This document shows positions 25,376 through 33,673 of a stretch of 64,000 bases of DNA, piece after piece. Every line of letters starts with the position of its first letter. The stretch's first letter is position 1. This stretch comes from Paludibacteraceae bacterium (GTDB taxonomy: Bacteria > Bacteroidota > Bacteroidia > Bacteroidales > Paludibacteraceae). The stretch is from assembly GCA_017417025.1 (NCBI GenBank), contig JAFPZY010000017.1, positions 27,614-91,613 of the forward strand, in the 5' to 3' direction. The notes beneath the pieces are model-generated. The model did no database searches. It saw nothing but the letters and a program-made list of their open reading frames with translations, and was not told the DNA's origin. The position numbers were made by a program, and so were the translations under genes.

Positions 25376-26132
25376 TTTCAACGGAAAAAATACCGTTGCT
25401 GTCAATCCTTTCCACCTTCACTCTGCCGGAGCAGTGCACCACTCTTTCTCTGTCAAGAAGAATACCTACATGCGAGATGTTGGTCTGTTCCGGATTGACA
25501 TCTGCATGGTTGAAAAAGACGAGGTCGCCTGCCTGTGCTGCGTGCAATGACGGCACTTCTTCTCCCTCTCGCGCCTGCTGTGATGCATTGCGCGGCAAAG
25601 TGATTCCGAACAGGGACATAACAACCTGCGAGAAGCCTGAACAATCCATGCCGAGAGCATTCTTGCCGCCCCACAAATAGGGAGTGTTTAGAAAGAAACG
25701 CACAGCGGTCATCAATTCTTCAGAACTCATGTCAAGAGTCGTAACAGCCACTGCCTGCGGGTCAATCCTGAATGTGACACCGAGCATGGAGAAAGCACCG
25801 TTGTTGTAATTGGGCAGCCTTGTGCCGGCAGTGAGCGGCAGAGTCTGGCCATTGTTGCCGCTGACGGCGTAAGTCATAGGCAGACGCACACAAGCGGCAC
25901 CTGCCAAAGAGTGTTCAAGTGCATTGTACTCGTCTTCGGAGAGTGTGGAAACCATCTTTGAATCCACCCAGCCTTGCTGACCGTCAAGATGCAATTTTAC
26001 TTGTTTCCATCGGCACTTTTCGCTAATGATGTCGCACGTCTCTGCGAAGAGCATCTGCGTAAGTTGCTCGGCATCTTCCGCAGGATGGCTTCGTAGCGGA
26101 ACTATGCTGTGGAGTGCAACGGCTCTTACCAT
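25290..26132 (-). CDS. NlpC/P60 (C40) cell-wall peptidase with N-terminal SH3-like domain
   Basis: GGKNALGMDCSGFSQVVMSLFGITLPRNASQQ (catalytic Cys) and ISHVGILL (His). Confidence 0.85.
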   Translation of the reverse strand: MVRAVALHSIVPLRSHPAEDAEQLTQMLFAETCDIISEKCRWKQVKLHLDGQQGWVDSKMVSTLSEDEYNALEHSLAGAACVRLPMTYAVSGNNGQTLPLTAGTRLPNYNNGAFSMLGVTFRIDPQAVAVTTLDMSSEELMTAVRFFLNTPYLWGGKNALGMDCSGFSQVVMSLFGITLPRNASQQAREGEEVPSLHAAQAGDLVFFNHADVNPEQTNISHVGILLDRERVVHCSGRVKVERIDSNGIFSVEIRDFQHPDGQYTHHLACIRRYRCGGTAR

Positions 26133-27727
26133 ACTTCTCTTGTGTTGTGGTCTGATTTGCGCGGATAGTCTAATGTGTAATGCAGTCCGCGGCTCTCCTT
26201 GCGCTCACGCGCCTGCCGTGTGATGAGATAGCCGACGTTTATCATGTTGCGCAGTTCGCAGATGTCGCGTGTCGGACGCACCCGCTTGAAGAGGTCTTCG
26301 GTCTCTTCGTAGAGGAGGTCAAGCCGCTCCCAAGCCCGTCGGAGGCGCAAGTCGCTGCGTACTATGCCAACATAAGTGGACATAATCTGTCCGACTTCGC
26401 GCATGTCCTGGGAGATAAGCACTTTCTCCTCGTTGGTCATCGTCCCCTCGTCGTTCCACTCCGGGATTCTGTCGTTGAAACCGTAGTTTTCTATAACATG
26501 TGTCACATGGCGGGCAGCGGCATCCGCATAAACAACAGCTTCTATCAGCGAGTTGCTTGCAAGCCTGTTTCCGCCGTGCAGCCCCGTGCAACTGCACTCG
26601 CCGACGGCATAAAGGCGGTGGATAGAGCTTTCGCCGTCAAGATTGACTTTTATGCCTCCGCACATGTAGTGTGCACATGGGGCAACGGGGATGTAATCTT
26701 TGGTTATGTCGATGCCGATACTGAGACATTTTTGGTATATATTGGGGAAATGTTGCTTGGTTTCATCGGCATTTTTGTGCGTAACATCGAGGCAGACATG
26801 GTCGAGCCCGTGTATTTTCATCTCATTGTCAATGGCTCTTGCTACTATGTCGCGTGGGGCAAGGCTCAACCGCGGGTCGTACTTCTGCATGAACTCCTCC
26901 CCGTCAGGCAAGCGGAGAATGCCGCCGTATCCGCGCATAGCCTCTGTTATGAGGTAGGCGGGATGTGTTTCCCCGGGGTGGAAAAGTGCGGTGGGGTGGA
27001 ACTGCACGAACTCCATGTCCTTGATAACGCCGCGTGCACGGTGAACCATGGCAATGCCGTCGCCTGTTGCAATATCCGGATTGGTGGTCGTGGCGTAAAT
27101 GGCACCTGTGCCTCCGGTAGCCATAAGGGTGACGCGACTGAGGAATGTGTCCACTTTCCTGGTCTGCGGGTTGAGGATATAGGCTCCGTAGCACTCAATG
27201 TCCGGAGTGTGGTGGGTGACGCGCATGCCGAGATGGTGCTGCGTTATGATTTCTACAGCGAAATGGTTTTCAAGTACACTGATAAAGGGATCATGCCTTA
27301 CTGCCTCCATCAATCCGCGTTGTATCTCCGCACCCGTGTCGTCTGCATGGTGTAGAATACGGAACTCGGAGTGCCCTCCTTCGCGGTGAAGGTCGTAGTT
27401 GCCATCTGCATCTTTGTCGAAGTTCACTCCCCAGTTGATAAGTTCTTCTATCTGCTTGGGTGCGTTCCTTACAACCTGTTCCACGGCAGCGGGGTCACTG
27501 AGCCAGTCACCTGCAACCATGGTGTCGTGGATGTGCTTGCTGAAGTCGTCCTTCAGGAGGTTGGTCACACTGGCAATGCCTCCTTGCGCCTTGGTGGTGT
27601 TAGCCTCGTCGAGCGTGGTCTTGCAGCAGAGGGCAATGCGGTATTTTCTGGTCCGCGCCATTTTAAGAGCGAAACTCATACCGGCCACTCCGCCGCCTAT
27701 TATCAGAATGTCATAATGCTGAACCAT
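26126..27727 (-). CDS. nadB: L-aspartate oxidase
   Basis: YDILIIGGGVAGMSFAL FAD motif, RAQGGIA-like TKAQGGIAS, HPTALFHPG and HGGNRLASNSLIEA. The start was set at ATG 27727; the track uses TTG 27751. Confidence 0.9.
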   Translation of the reverse strand: MVQHYDILIIGGGVAGMSFALKMARTRKYRIALCCKTTLDEANTTKAQGGIASVTNLLKDDFSKHIHDTMVAGDWLSDPAAVEQVVRNAPKQIEELINWGVNFDKDADGNYDLHREGGHSEFRILHHADDTGAEIQRGLMEAVRHDPFISVLENHFAVEIITQHHLGMRVTHHTPDIECYGAYILNPQTRKVDTFLSRVTLMATGGTGAIYATTTNPDIATGDGIAMVHRARGVIKDMEFVQFHPTALFHPGETHPAYLITEAMRGYGGILRLPDGEEFMQKYDPRLSLAPRDIVARAIDNEMKIHGLDHVCLDVTHKNADETKQHFPNIYQKCLSIGIDITKDYIPVAPCAHYMCGGIKVNLDGESSIHRLYAVGECSCTGLHGGNRLASNSLIEAVVYADAAARHVTHVIENYGFNDRIPEWNDEGTMTNEEKVLISQDMREVGQIMSTYVGIVRSDLRLRRAWERLDLLYEETEDLFKRVRPTRDICELRNMINVGYLITRQARERKESRGLHYTLDYPRKSDHNTREVW

Positions 27728-27794
27728 AGCACTTTGATTTGTGTCTAACAATAAAAAAGTAATCCTTTGAGTGTCCTACACGTCTAATTTTCTG

Positions 27795-27802
27795 CAAAAG
27801 TA
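27795..27802 (-). promoter_or_regulatory. -7 promoter box TACTTTTG (minus) for nadB
   Basis: The minus strand reads gtgtgTACTTTTGcagaaaa, ~68 nt upstream of ATG 27727. Confidence 0.55.
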
Positions 27803-27906
27803 CACACAAAAAATAACATGTGCAAATTTTGTATGAAAAAAAGAGTAAAAGAAGTGTAACTGAACGAAAAATTCTGCTTTGTATTTCGTAATTCGGTTAT
27901 TTGTAT

Positions 27907-27914
27907 TACTTTTG
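27907..27914 (+). promoter_or_regulatory. additional upstream -7 box TACTTTTG
   Basis: tgtatTACTTTTGcacag lies 117 nt upstream of the second box at 28031. Confidence 0.45.
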
Positions 27915-27967
27915 CACAGTCCGAGGAATGGGCCTCCGCTGTGCCCGTTTCTGTGAATAAGGTCGGG

Positions 27968-28127
27968 AAGGAAAAAGAGATTTTTTTGGAAAAAATCGCG
28001 CGCGCACTTGCGTATGTTAAAATAAAGTATTATCTTTGCAGGCTTGAATGTTTTGCGCATCTGCTCAAGTATGATGGCAAGCACAAATATCAACCAAGAC
28101 AGCAAAAACTTACGATTATGGACAGCA
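27968..28127 (+). repeat. promoter-leader-start-codon module, copy B
   Basis: Inverted duplicate of 17011-17168. It contains TATCTTTG (28031-28038), a ~73-nt leader and ATGGACAGC. Confidence 0.9.
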
Positions 28128-29248
28128 AGAATTATTGTGTAATAATGGCGGGCGGAATAGGAAGCCGCTTTTGGCCTTTCAGCCGTAACAATATGCCGAA
28201 GCAGTTTCTTGATTTCTTCGGCACTGGCAGGTCTCTCATACAAATGACCGTGGACAGGTTCCGCCCTCTGGTTCCTGTGGAGAATATACTTATAGTTACC
28301 AATGTGCTGTACAAGGACTTGATCCTTAAGCAGATTCCTGACCTGCAGCCTGCACAGGTGCTTTGCGAACCTGCGCGGCGTAACACTGCTCCGTGTATAG
28401 CTTATGCCGTCGCGCGCATTAAGCAGATGGTCCGCGAAAGAACCGGACTGGCTGGCCTTGACGCAGATGACGACCGCCTCAATGCTAACATCGTAGTCGC
28501 TCCTTCCGACCATCTTATTATGCAGGAGCAGAAGTTTGTTGATGTTATCCGTTGCGGGTTGGACTTCGTGTCCGGAAACGACACTCTCCTCACACTCGGT
28601 ATGAAGCCGACACGCCCTGAAACAGGCTATGGCTATATCCAGAAGGCCGCTCGCCTCGAGTCTGTTACGGACATGTACAGGGTTAAGACTTTCACTGAGA
28701 AGCCCAATATCGACCTGGCAAAAGTCTTCCTCGAAAGCGGAGAGTTCTTGTGGAACTCCGGTATCTTCCTCTGGAACTTGCGTACTATTAGGCGCGAAAT
28801 GCGCACACACCTGCCCGAGTTGGCAAAAATCTTCAGCGCAGGCGACGGCATCGTAGGCACGGAAAAGGAGGAGGCGTTCATCCGCGAGATGTTCCCCAAG
28901 TGCCCGAATATCAGTATTGACTACGGGGTCATGGAGAAGGCGGAGTCTGTACACGTGCTCGAAGCCGACTTCGGCTGGAGCGACCTCGGTACATGGGGCT
29001 CCCTCTACGACCTCAGCCCGAAGGACGAACAGCGGAACGCCACACTCAAGTGTGAAGCGATGTATTACGAAAGTGAGGGCAATGTGGTCGCGCTGCAAGA
29101 GGGGCATCTCGCCGTCTTGCGCGGACTCAGGGATATGATTGTAGTTGAGTCTGACGGTGTCCTGCTGATTTGCCCGCGGGCGGAAGAACAGCAGATACGT
29201 CAGATTGTGATGGACGCGGAGGGACGCTTTGAGGGGCGTTACAACTGA
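28118..29248 (+). CDS. mannose-1-phosphate guanylyltransferase-like NDP-sugar pyrophosphorylase
   Basis: MDSKNYCVIMAGGIGSRFWPFSRNNMPKQFLDF (GGxGxRxxPxS) plus FTEKP and WNSGIFLW blocks. Confidence 0.85.
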   Translation: MDSKNYCVIMAGGIGSRFWPFSRNNMPKQFLDFFGTGRSLIQMTVDRFRPLVPVENILIVTNVLYKDLILKQIPDLQPAQVLCEPARRNTAPCIAYAVARIKQMVRERTGLAGLDADDDRLNANIVVAPSDHLIMQEQKFVDVIRCGLDFVSGNDTLLTLGMKPTRPETGYGYIQKAARLESVTDMYRVKTFTEKPNIDLAKVFLESGEFLWNSGIFLWNLRTIRREMRTHLPELAKIFSAGDGIVGTEKEEAFIREMFPKCPNISIDYGVMEKAESVHVLEADFGWSDLGTWGSLYDLSPKDEQRNATLKCEAMYYESEGNVVALQEGHLAVLRGLRDMIVVESDGVLLICPRAEEQQIRQIVMDAEGRFEGRYN

Positions 29249-29279
29249 CAGACGGGAATCTTGACAATACAACCGATAT

Positions 29280-31226
29280 ATGAGTTACTTGAATTTTGAC
29301 AAGACGTTGCTCGTGAATCTTGAGCGCAGCCTGAGCCGTGAAATGCTCCATACCAACAGGGCGGGGGCGTATATGGCATCTACTCTTGTGGATTGCAACA
29401 CGCGCAAGTACCATGGCATGCTCGTCCTGCCGTTGCCTGAGGTGGGGCGCTCCAACTACGTGCTTCTTTCTTCGCTCGACGAAACAGTCATTCAGCACGG
29501 GGCCGAATTTAACCTCGGCATACACGAGTATGGGGGGAATGTCTTCTCCCCCAACGGTCACAAGTACATTCGCGAGTATGACTGCATCGTCATCTCCAAA
29601 ACCACCTACCGCGTAGGCGGAGTCATTCTTACCAAGGAGCGCCTTCTTGTCAGCTTCGAGCCGAGGGTGCTTGTCCGCTACACTATGCAGGAGGCGGCTT
29701 CTCCTGTCACTCTGCGCCTGCGTCCCTTCCTCGCTTTCCGCGATGTGAATGCCTTGACGCGGGAAAACTCTGCCGCTTCAACGGCTATGGAGGCGGTTGA
29801 CAACGGTATGCGATGCCGCATGTACCCCGACTTCCCGCCTCTTTACATGCAGTTCTCCAAGAAGGCCGAATATGTGCATAACCCGCAGTGGTACAAGAAT
29901 ATCTCTTACCGCAAGGAACTTGAGCGCGGCTACGAGTGGCAGGAAGACCTCATGGTCCCTGGCTGGTTCGAGGTCACTATGAAGCAGGGCGAGTCGCTTA
30001 TCTTCGCTGCCGGAGTCACCGAAGTCAATCCGCGCACGCTCCGCACTACATGGGAGAAGGAACTTAAGCGCCGTATCGTGCGTAACGACATGTACTCCTG
30101 CCTCAAGAACAGCGCATCCCAGTTCTATAAGCGGGTAGGCGATAAATGCTGGCTGCTGCAGGGCTATCCCTGGTTCAGGGCTACTGCGCGTGACGAGTTC
30201 TTCTCGCTTTGCGATTGCACACTCGGCATCGGGCGTCCCGAATACTGGGAGGCCATAATGGACAAGACCGCCGTCGGGGAAGTGCAGGCGTTCATCAACG
30301 GCAACTACGGCGACATCGTCCTCGAAGGCATGGACGAGCCGGACGCATTGCTGTGGTTCGTCCGCGCTGTGCAGGAATATGCCTCTTGGAAAGGCAGTGC
30401 AGAGGCTGCGGCTAAATACGGCGACCTGCTCTATGAAACTGTCAATTTCATGCGCCGGCAGCGCCATCCGCGTCTCTTTGTCCACCAGAACGGACTCGTC
30501 TGGGTGGACGGCAAGGACCGGCCCGCTACCTGGATGAACGCTGTCGAAGACGGCCGCCCTGTCACGCCAAGAACCGGATATGTCGTCGAGATTAACGCTC
30601 TTTGGTACAATGCCCTCCTCTTTGCCGCCGAACTCAAGCGCGTGCAGGGGGACGAACATGTGGCCGACCTGCTGGAGTATCAGGCGGAGATTACGCGCGA
30701 CAGCTTCGTCCGCACATTCTGGAATGGCGTTTACCTTGACGATTATGTCGATGGCGAACTGCACAACAAAGAGGTGCGTCCCAACCAGATATGGGCTGTC
30801 TCGCTTCCTTATTCCCCTCTTGACAGGAAGCAGCAGAAAGCGGTGGTGGATATCTGCACCAAAGAACTTTATACCCCCAAAGGTCTGCGCACTCTTTCGC
30901 CAAAGAGCGGCAGCTACCGCCCGCAGTACACCGGCGGACAGCAGGAGCGTGACCGCAACTTCCACAACGGACCTGTCTGCCCGCTGAGCATAGCTGCCTA
31001 CGGCAGGGCATACCTGCGCGTCTATCAGCGCAGCGGCGAAAGTTTCATACGCCGCCTCCTTGTCGGCTACGAAGCGGAGATGAGCGAACTTTGTATCGGC
31101 ACGCTCAACGAACTTTACGACGGCAACCCGCCTTTCAAGGGGCACGGAGGTATGGCTTATGCGCCAAGCGTGAGCGGAGTGATAGGTGTTTACAACACAC
31201 TCAAAGATTTTGAACAACCTTCATAA
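29280..31226 (+). CDS. glycogen debranching enzyme family protein (GDE N-terminal plus amylo-alpha-1,6-glucosidase domains)
   Basis: LHTNRAGAYMASTLVDCNTRKYHGMLV N-terminus, and a C-terminal (alpha/alpha)6-type region with GYVVEINALWYNAL and LRTLSP. Confidence 0.8.
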   Translation: MSYLNFDKTLLVNLERSLSREMLHTNRAGAYMASTLVDCNTRKYHGMLVLPLPEVGRSNYVLLSSLDETVIQHGAEFNLGIHEYGGNVFSPNGHKYIREYDCIVISKTTYRVGGVILTKERLLVSFEPRVLVRYTMQEAASPVTLRLRPFLAFRDVNALTRENSAASTAMEAVDNGMRCRMYPDFPPLYMQFSKKAEYVHNPQWYKNISYRKELERGYEWQEDLMVPGWFEVTMKQGESLIFAAGVTEVNPRTLRTTWEKELKRRIVRNDMYSCLKNSASQFYKRVGDKCWLLQGYPWFRATARDEFFSLCDCTLGIGRPEYWEAIMDKTAVGEVQAFINGNYGDIVLEGMDEPDALLWFVRAVQEYASWKGSAEAAAKYGDLLYETVNFMRRQRHPRLFVHQNGLVWVDGKDRPATWMNAVEDGRPVTPRTGYVVEINALWYNALLFAAELKRVQGDEHVADLLEYQAEITRDSFVRTFWNGVYLDDYVDGELHNKEVRPNQIWAVSLPYSPLDRKQQKAVVDICTKELYTPKGLRTLSPKSGSYRPQYTGGQQERDRNFHNGPVCPLSIAAYGRAYLRVYQRSGESFIRRLLVGYEAEMSELCIGTLNELYDGNPPFKGHGGMAYAPSVSGVIGVYNTLKDFEQPS

Positions 31227-31241
31227 TATAAGACGAGAGCC

Positions 31242-32384
31242 ATGAGAGCATTGATGTTCGGTTGGGAGTTTCCTCCTCATATCCTCGGCGGATTGGGAAC
31301 GGCGAGTTACGGTCTTACACGCGGCATGGCGGAGCAGCCCGACATGCAGATAACCTTTGTGCTGCCGCGTCCGTGGGGCGACGAAGATCAGTCCTTCCTG
31401 CGTATTGTAGGTGCCAACAGCGTGCCTGTGCCTGGCCGCGGCTGCATCGAGTTCTCGGGCAGGTATCCCGACAACCTGCTTGAGGAAATAGGCAACTACG
31501 AGGCTGTCGCCGCCGAACTGGCGCGCAGAGAGGATTTTGATATCATACACAGCCACGATTGGCTTACCTATCCTGCTGGCGCAACGGCGAAAAGGCTGAG
31601 CGGAAAGCCGCTTGTCATACACGTGCATGCCACCGACTTCGACCGCTCCAGAGGCAATGTCAATCCCACTGTCTATGCCATAGAACGCCGTGGCATGGAC
31701 GAGGCTGACCATATAATGTGCGTCAGCAATCTCACAAGGCAGACGGTCATCGACAAATACGGGCAGAATCCCATGAAAGTGACTACTGTCCACAACGCCG
31801 TTGAGCCGCTTGCCGATGCCGATTCTTTTGTCAAGCATCCGCGCAAGGACAAACTTGTCACTTTCTTGGGCCGCATTACCATGCAGAAGGGGCCGGAGTA
31901 CTTCGTCGAAGCGGCGGCGCTGGTGCTGCGCAGAACTAAGGGCGTGAGGTTCGTCATGGCAGGTAGCGGCGACAAGATGGCAGAGATGGTTGACCTTGTC
32001 GCACGCCGTGGTATTGCCGACCGCTTCCACTTCCCTGGCTTCATGCGGGGCAGACAGGTGCAGGAGCTTCTCGCTGACTCTGACGTATATATAATGCCCT
32101 CTGTCAGTGAGCCTTTCGGCATCTCCCCGCTCGAAGCTATGCAGGTGGGCTGTCCCACTATCATATCCAACCAGTCCGGCTGTGCCGAGATTCTGCAGCA
32201 CGCAGTCAAAACCGACTATTGGGACATCGAGGCTATGGCGGATGCCATTTATGCCATTGTCAAATATCCTGCCCTCTATCGCTCTCTTAGTGTGCTGGGC
32301 AAAGAGGAGGTGAACAACATACGCTGGTACGATGCTGGCCTCAAGGTCCGTGCCGTGTATGACAAAGTATTGAACAACAGATAA
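31242..32384 (+). CDS. GT4-family glycosyltransferase (glycogen-synthase-like)
   Basis: MFGWEFPPHILGGLGTASYGL, HSHDWLT, and the C-terminal MPSVSEPFGISPLEAM (E-x7-E). Confidence 0.8.
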   Translation: MRALMFGWEFPPHILGGLGTASYGLTRGMAEQPDMQITFVLPRPWGDEDQSFLRIVGANSVPVPGRGCIEFSGRYPDNLLEEIGNYEAVAAELARREDFDIIHSHDWLTYPAGATAKRLSGKPLVIHVHATDFDRSRGNVNPTVYAIERRGMDEADHIMCVSNLTRQTVIDKYGQNPMKVTTVHNAVEPLADADSFVKHPRKDKLVTFLGRITMQKGPEYFVEAAALVLRRTKGVRFVMAGSGDKMAEMVDLVARRGIADRFHFPGFMRGRQVQELLADSDVYIMPSVSEPFGISPLEAMQVGCPTIISNQSGCAEILQHAVKTDYWDIEAMADAIYAIVKYPALYRSLSVLGKEEVNNIRWYDAGLKVRAVYDKVLNNR

Positions 32385-32395
32385 AAAAGACAGAT

Positions 32396-33673
32396 ATGAA
32401 GAACCTTTGTTTTTGCTTTCAGATGCACGTGCCTTCGCGCTTGAGGCGCTACCGCTTCACCGAGATTGGCACCGACCACTACTACTACGACGATTTGCAG
32501 ACCGAGGAACTGGTTATGTGGATGGTCAACACCTCATGGCTCCCTTTGTGCCGCACTATAGCTGAAATGATAAGGCTGAGCAAGAAACGCTTCCGTTGCG
32601 GACTGGCTGTCACTGGCACCACGCTCGAGTTGCTTGAGCAGTACGTACCCGAGATGATAGACCTGCTCAAGCAGTTGGCGGAGAGCGGCTGTGTCGAGAT
32701 GGTCGCAACGCCCTATGCCTACAGTCTTGCGGCCGAATACGACGCTGAGGAGTTTGCCTTGCAACTGCAGATGCACCGCAACAAGGTCGCCGAAATGTTC
32801 GGTGTCTCCTCGTCCGTTCTCTGGAACACCGAGCTCCTCTACTCCGACGAGATTGCCGCTCTGGCTTATAAGCTCGGCTACAAAACCGTTATGACCGAAG
32901 GCGCTAAGCATGTCCTTTCCTGGAAGTCGCCCGACAAGGTGTATTACTCCTCCGTCGGCGCAAAGCAGAAAGTGCTGCTGCGCAATATGGCTCTGTCCGA
33001 CAGCCTTTCCTTCCGCTTCTCTGACCCCTCCTGGAGCGACTATCCCATGGACGCGGGCAAGTTCATTGGCATGCTGTGCGACGGCAAGGACTCAGACGGA
33101 GTCGTCAACCTCTGGATGGGGGCCGAGGCTTTCGGCATAATGCAGAACGCCGCTACAGGTATCTTCGACTTCCTGAAGGCGCTGCCTTATTTCGCTTTGG
33201 AGCGCAATATGCGCTTCCTCACTCCCTCCGAGGCTGCCAAAGCTGCGGCTGAAGAAACGGTCAGCGTCCATTATCCCATGTCATGGGCGGGCGAAGGCAA
33301 AGACCTCAGCGTCTTCAACGGCAACGACCTCCAGCAGGAAGCACTGAAGAAACTCTACGCTGTCGTCGAGCGTGTGCATCTCTGCAGCGACAAACAGCTT
33401 AAGGAGAACTGGCTGCAACTGCAGGATATCAACCACCTGCACTATATGAACCATGTCGAGCGCGGACGTAGCAACTACGACTCGGCATACGAGGCCTTCA
33501 TCAACTACATGAACGTCCTTTCCGACTTCCTGCAGCTTGTGGACGAGCAGTATCCCACCACCGTGGAGAACGAGGAACTGAACAGCCTGCTCAAGACTAT
33601 CGCCAACCAGGAAAAGGAACTTGCGGCGCTGAAGCAGCAACTCAAAGACTTGAAGCGTAAGAAACAGAAGTGA
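32396..33673 (+). CDS. glycoside hydrolase family 57 (alpha-amylase-like)
   Basis: CFCFQMHVPSRLRRY, ATPYAYSLAA and NTELLYSD are typical of Bacteroidales GH57 proteins that sit next to GDE and GT4. Confidence 0.75.
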   Translation: MKNLCFCFQMHVPSRLRRYRFTEIGTDHYYYDDLQTEELVMWMVNTSWLPLCRTIAEMIRLSKKRFRCGLAVTGTTLELLEQYVPEMIDLLKQLAESGCVEMVATPYAYSLAAEYDAEEFALQLQMHRNKVAEMFGVSSSVLWNTELLYSDEIAALAYKLGYKTVMTEGAKHVLSWKSPDKVYYSSVGAKQKVLLRNMALSDSLSFRFSDPSWSDYPMDAGKFIGMLCDGKDSDGVVNLWMGAEAFGIMQNAATGIFDFLKALPYFALERNMRFLTPSEAAKAAAEETVSVHYPMSWAGEGKDLSVFNGNDLQQEALKKLYAVVERVHLCSDKQLKENWLQLQDINHLHYMNHVERGRSNYDSAYEAFINYMNVLSDFLQLVDEQYPTTVENEELNSLLKTIANQEKELAALKQQLKDLKRKKQK

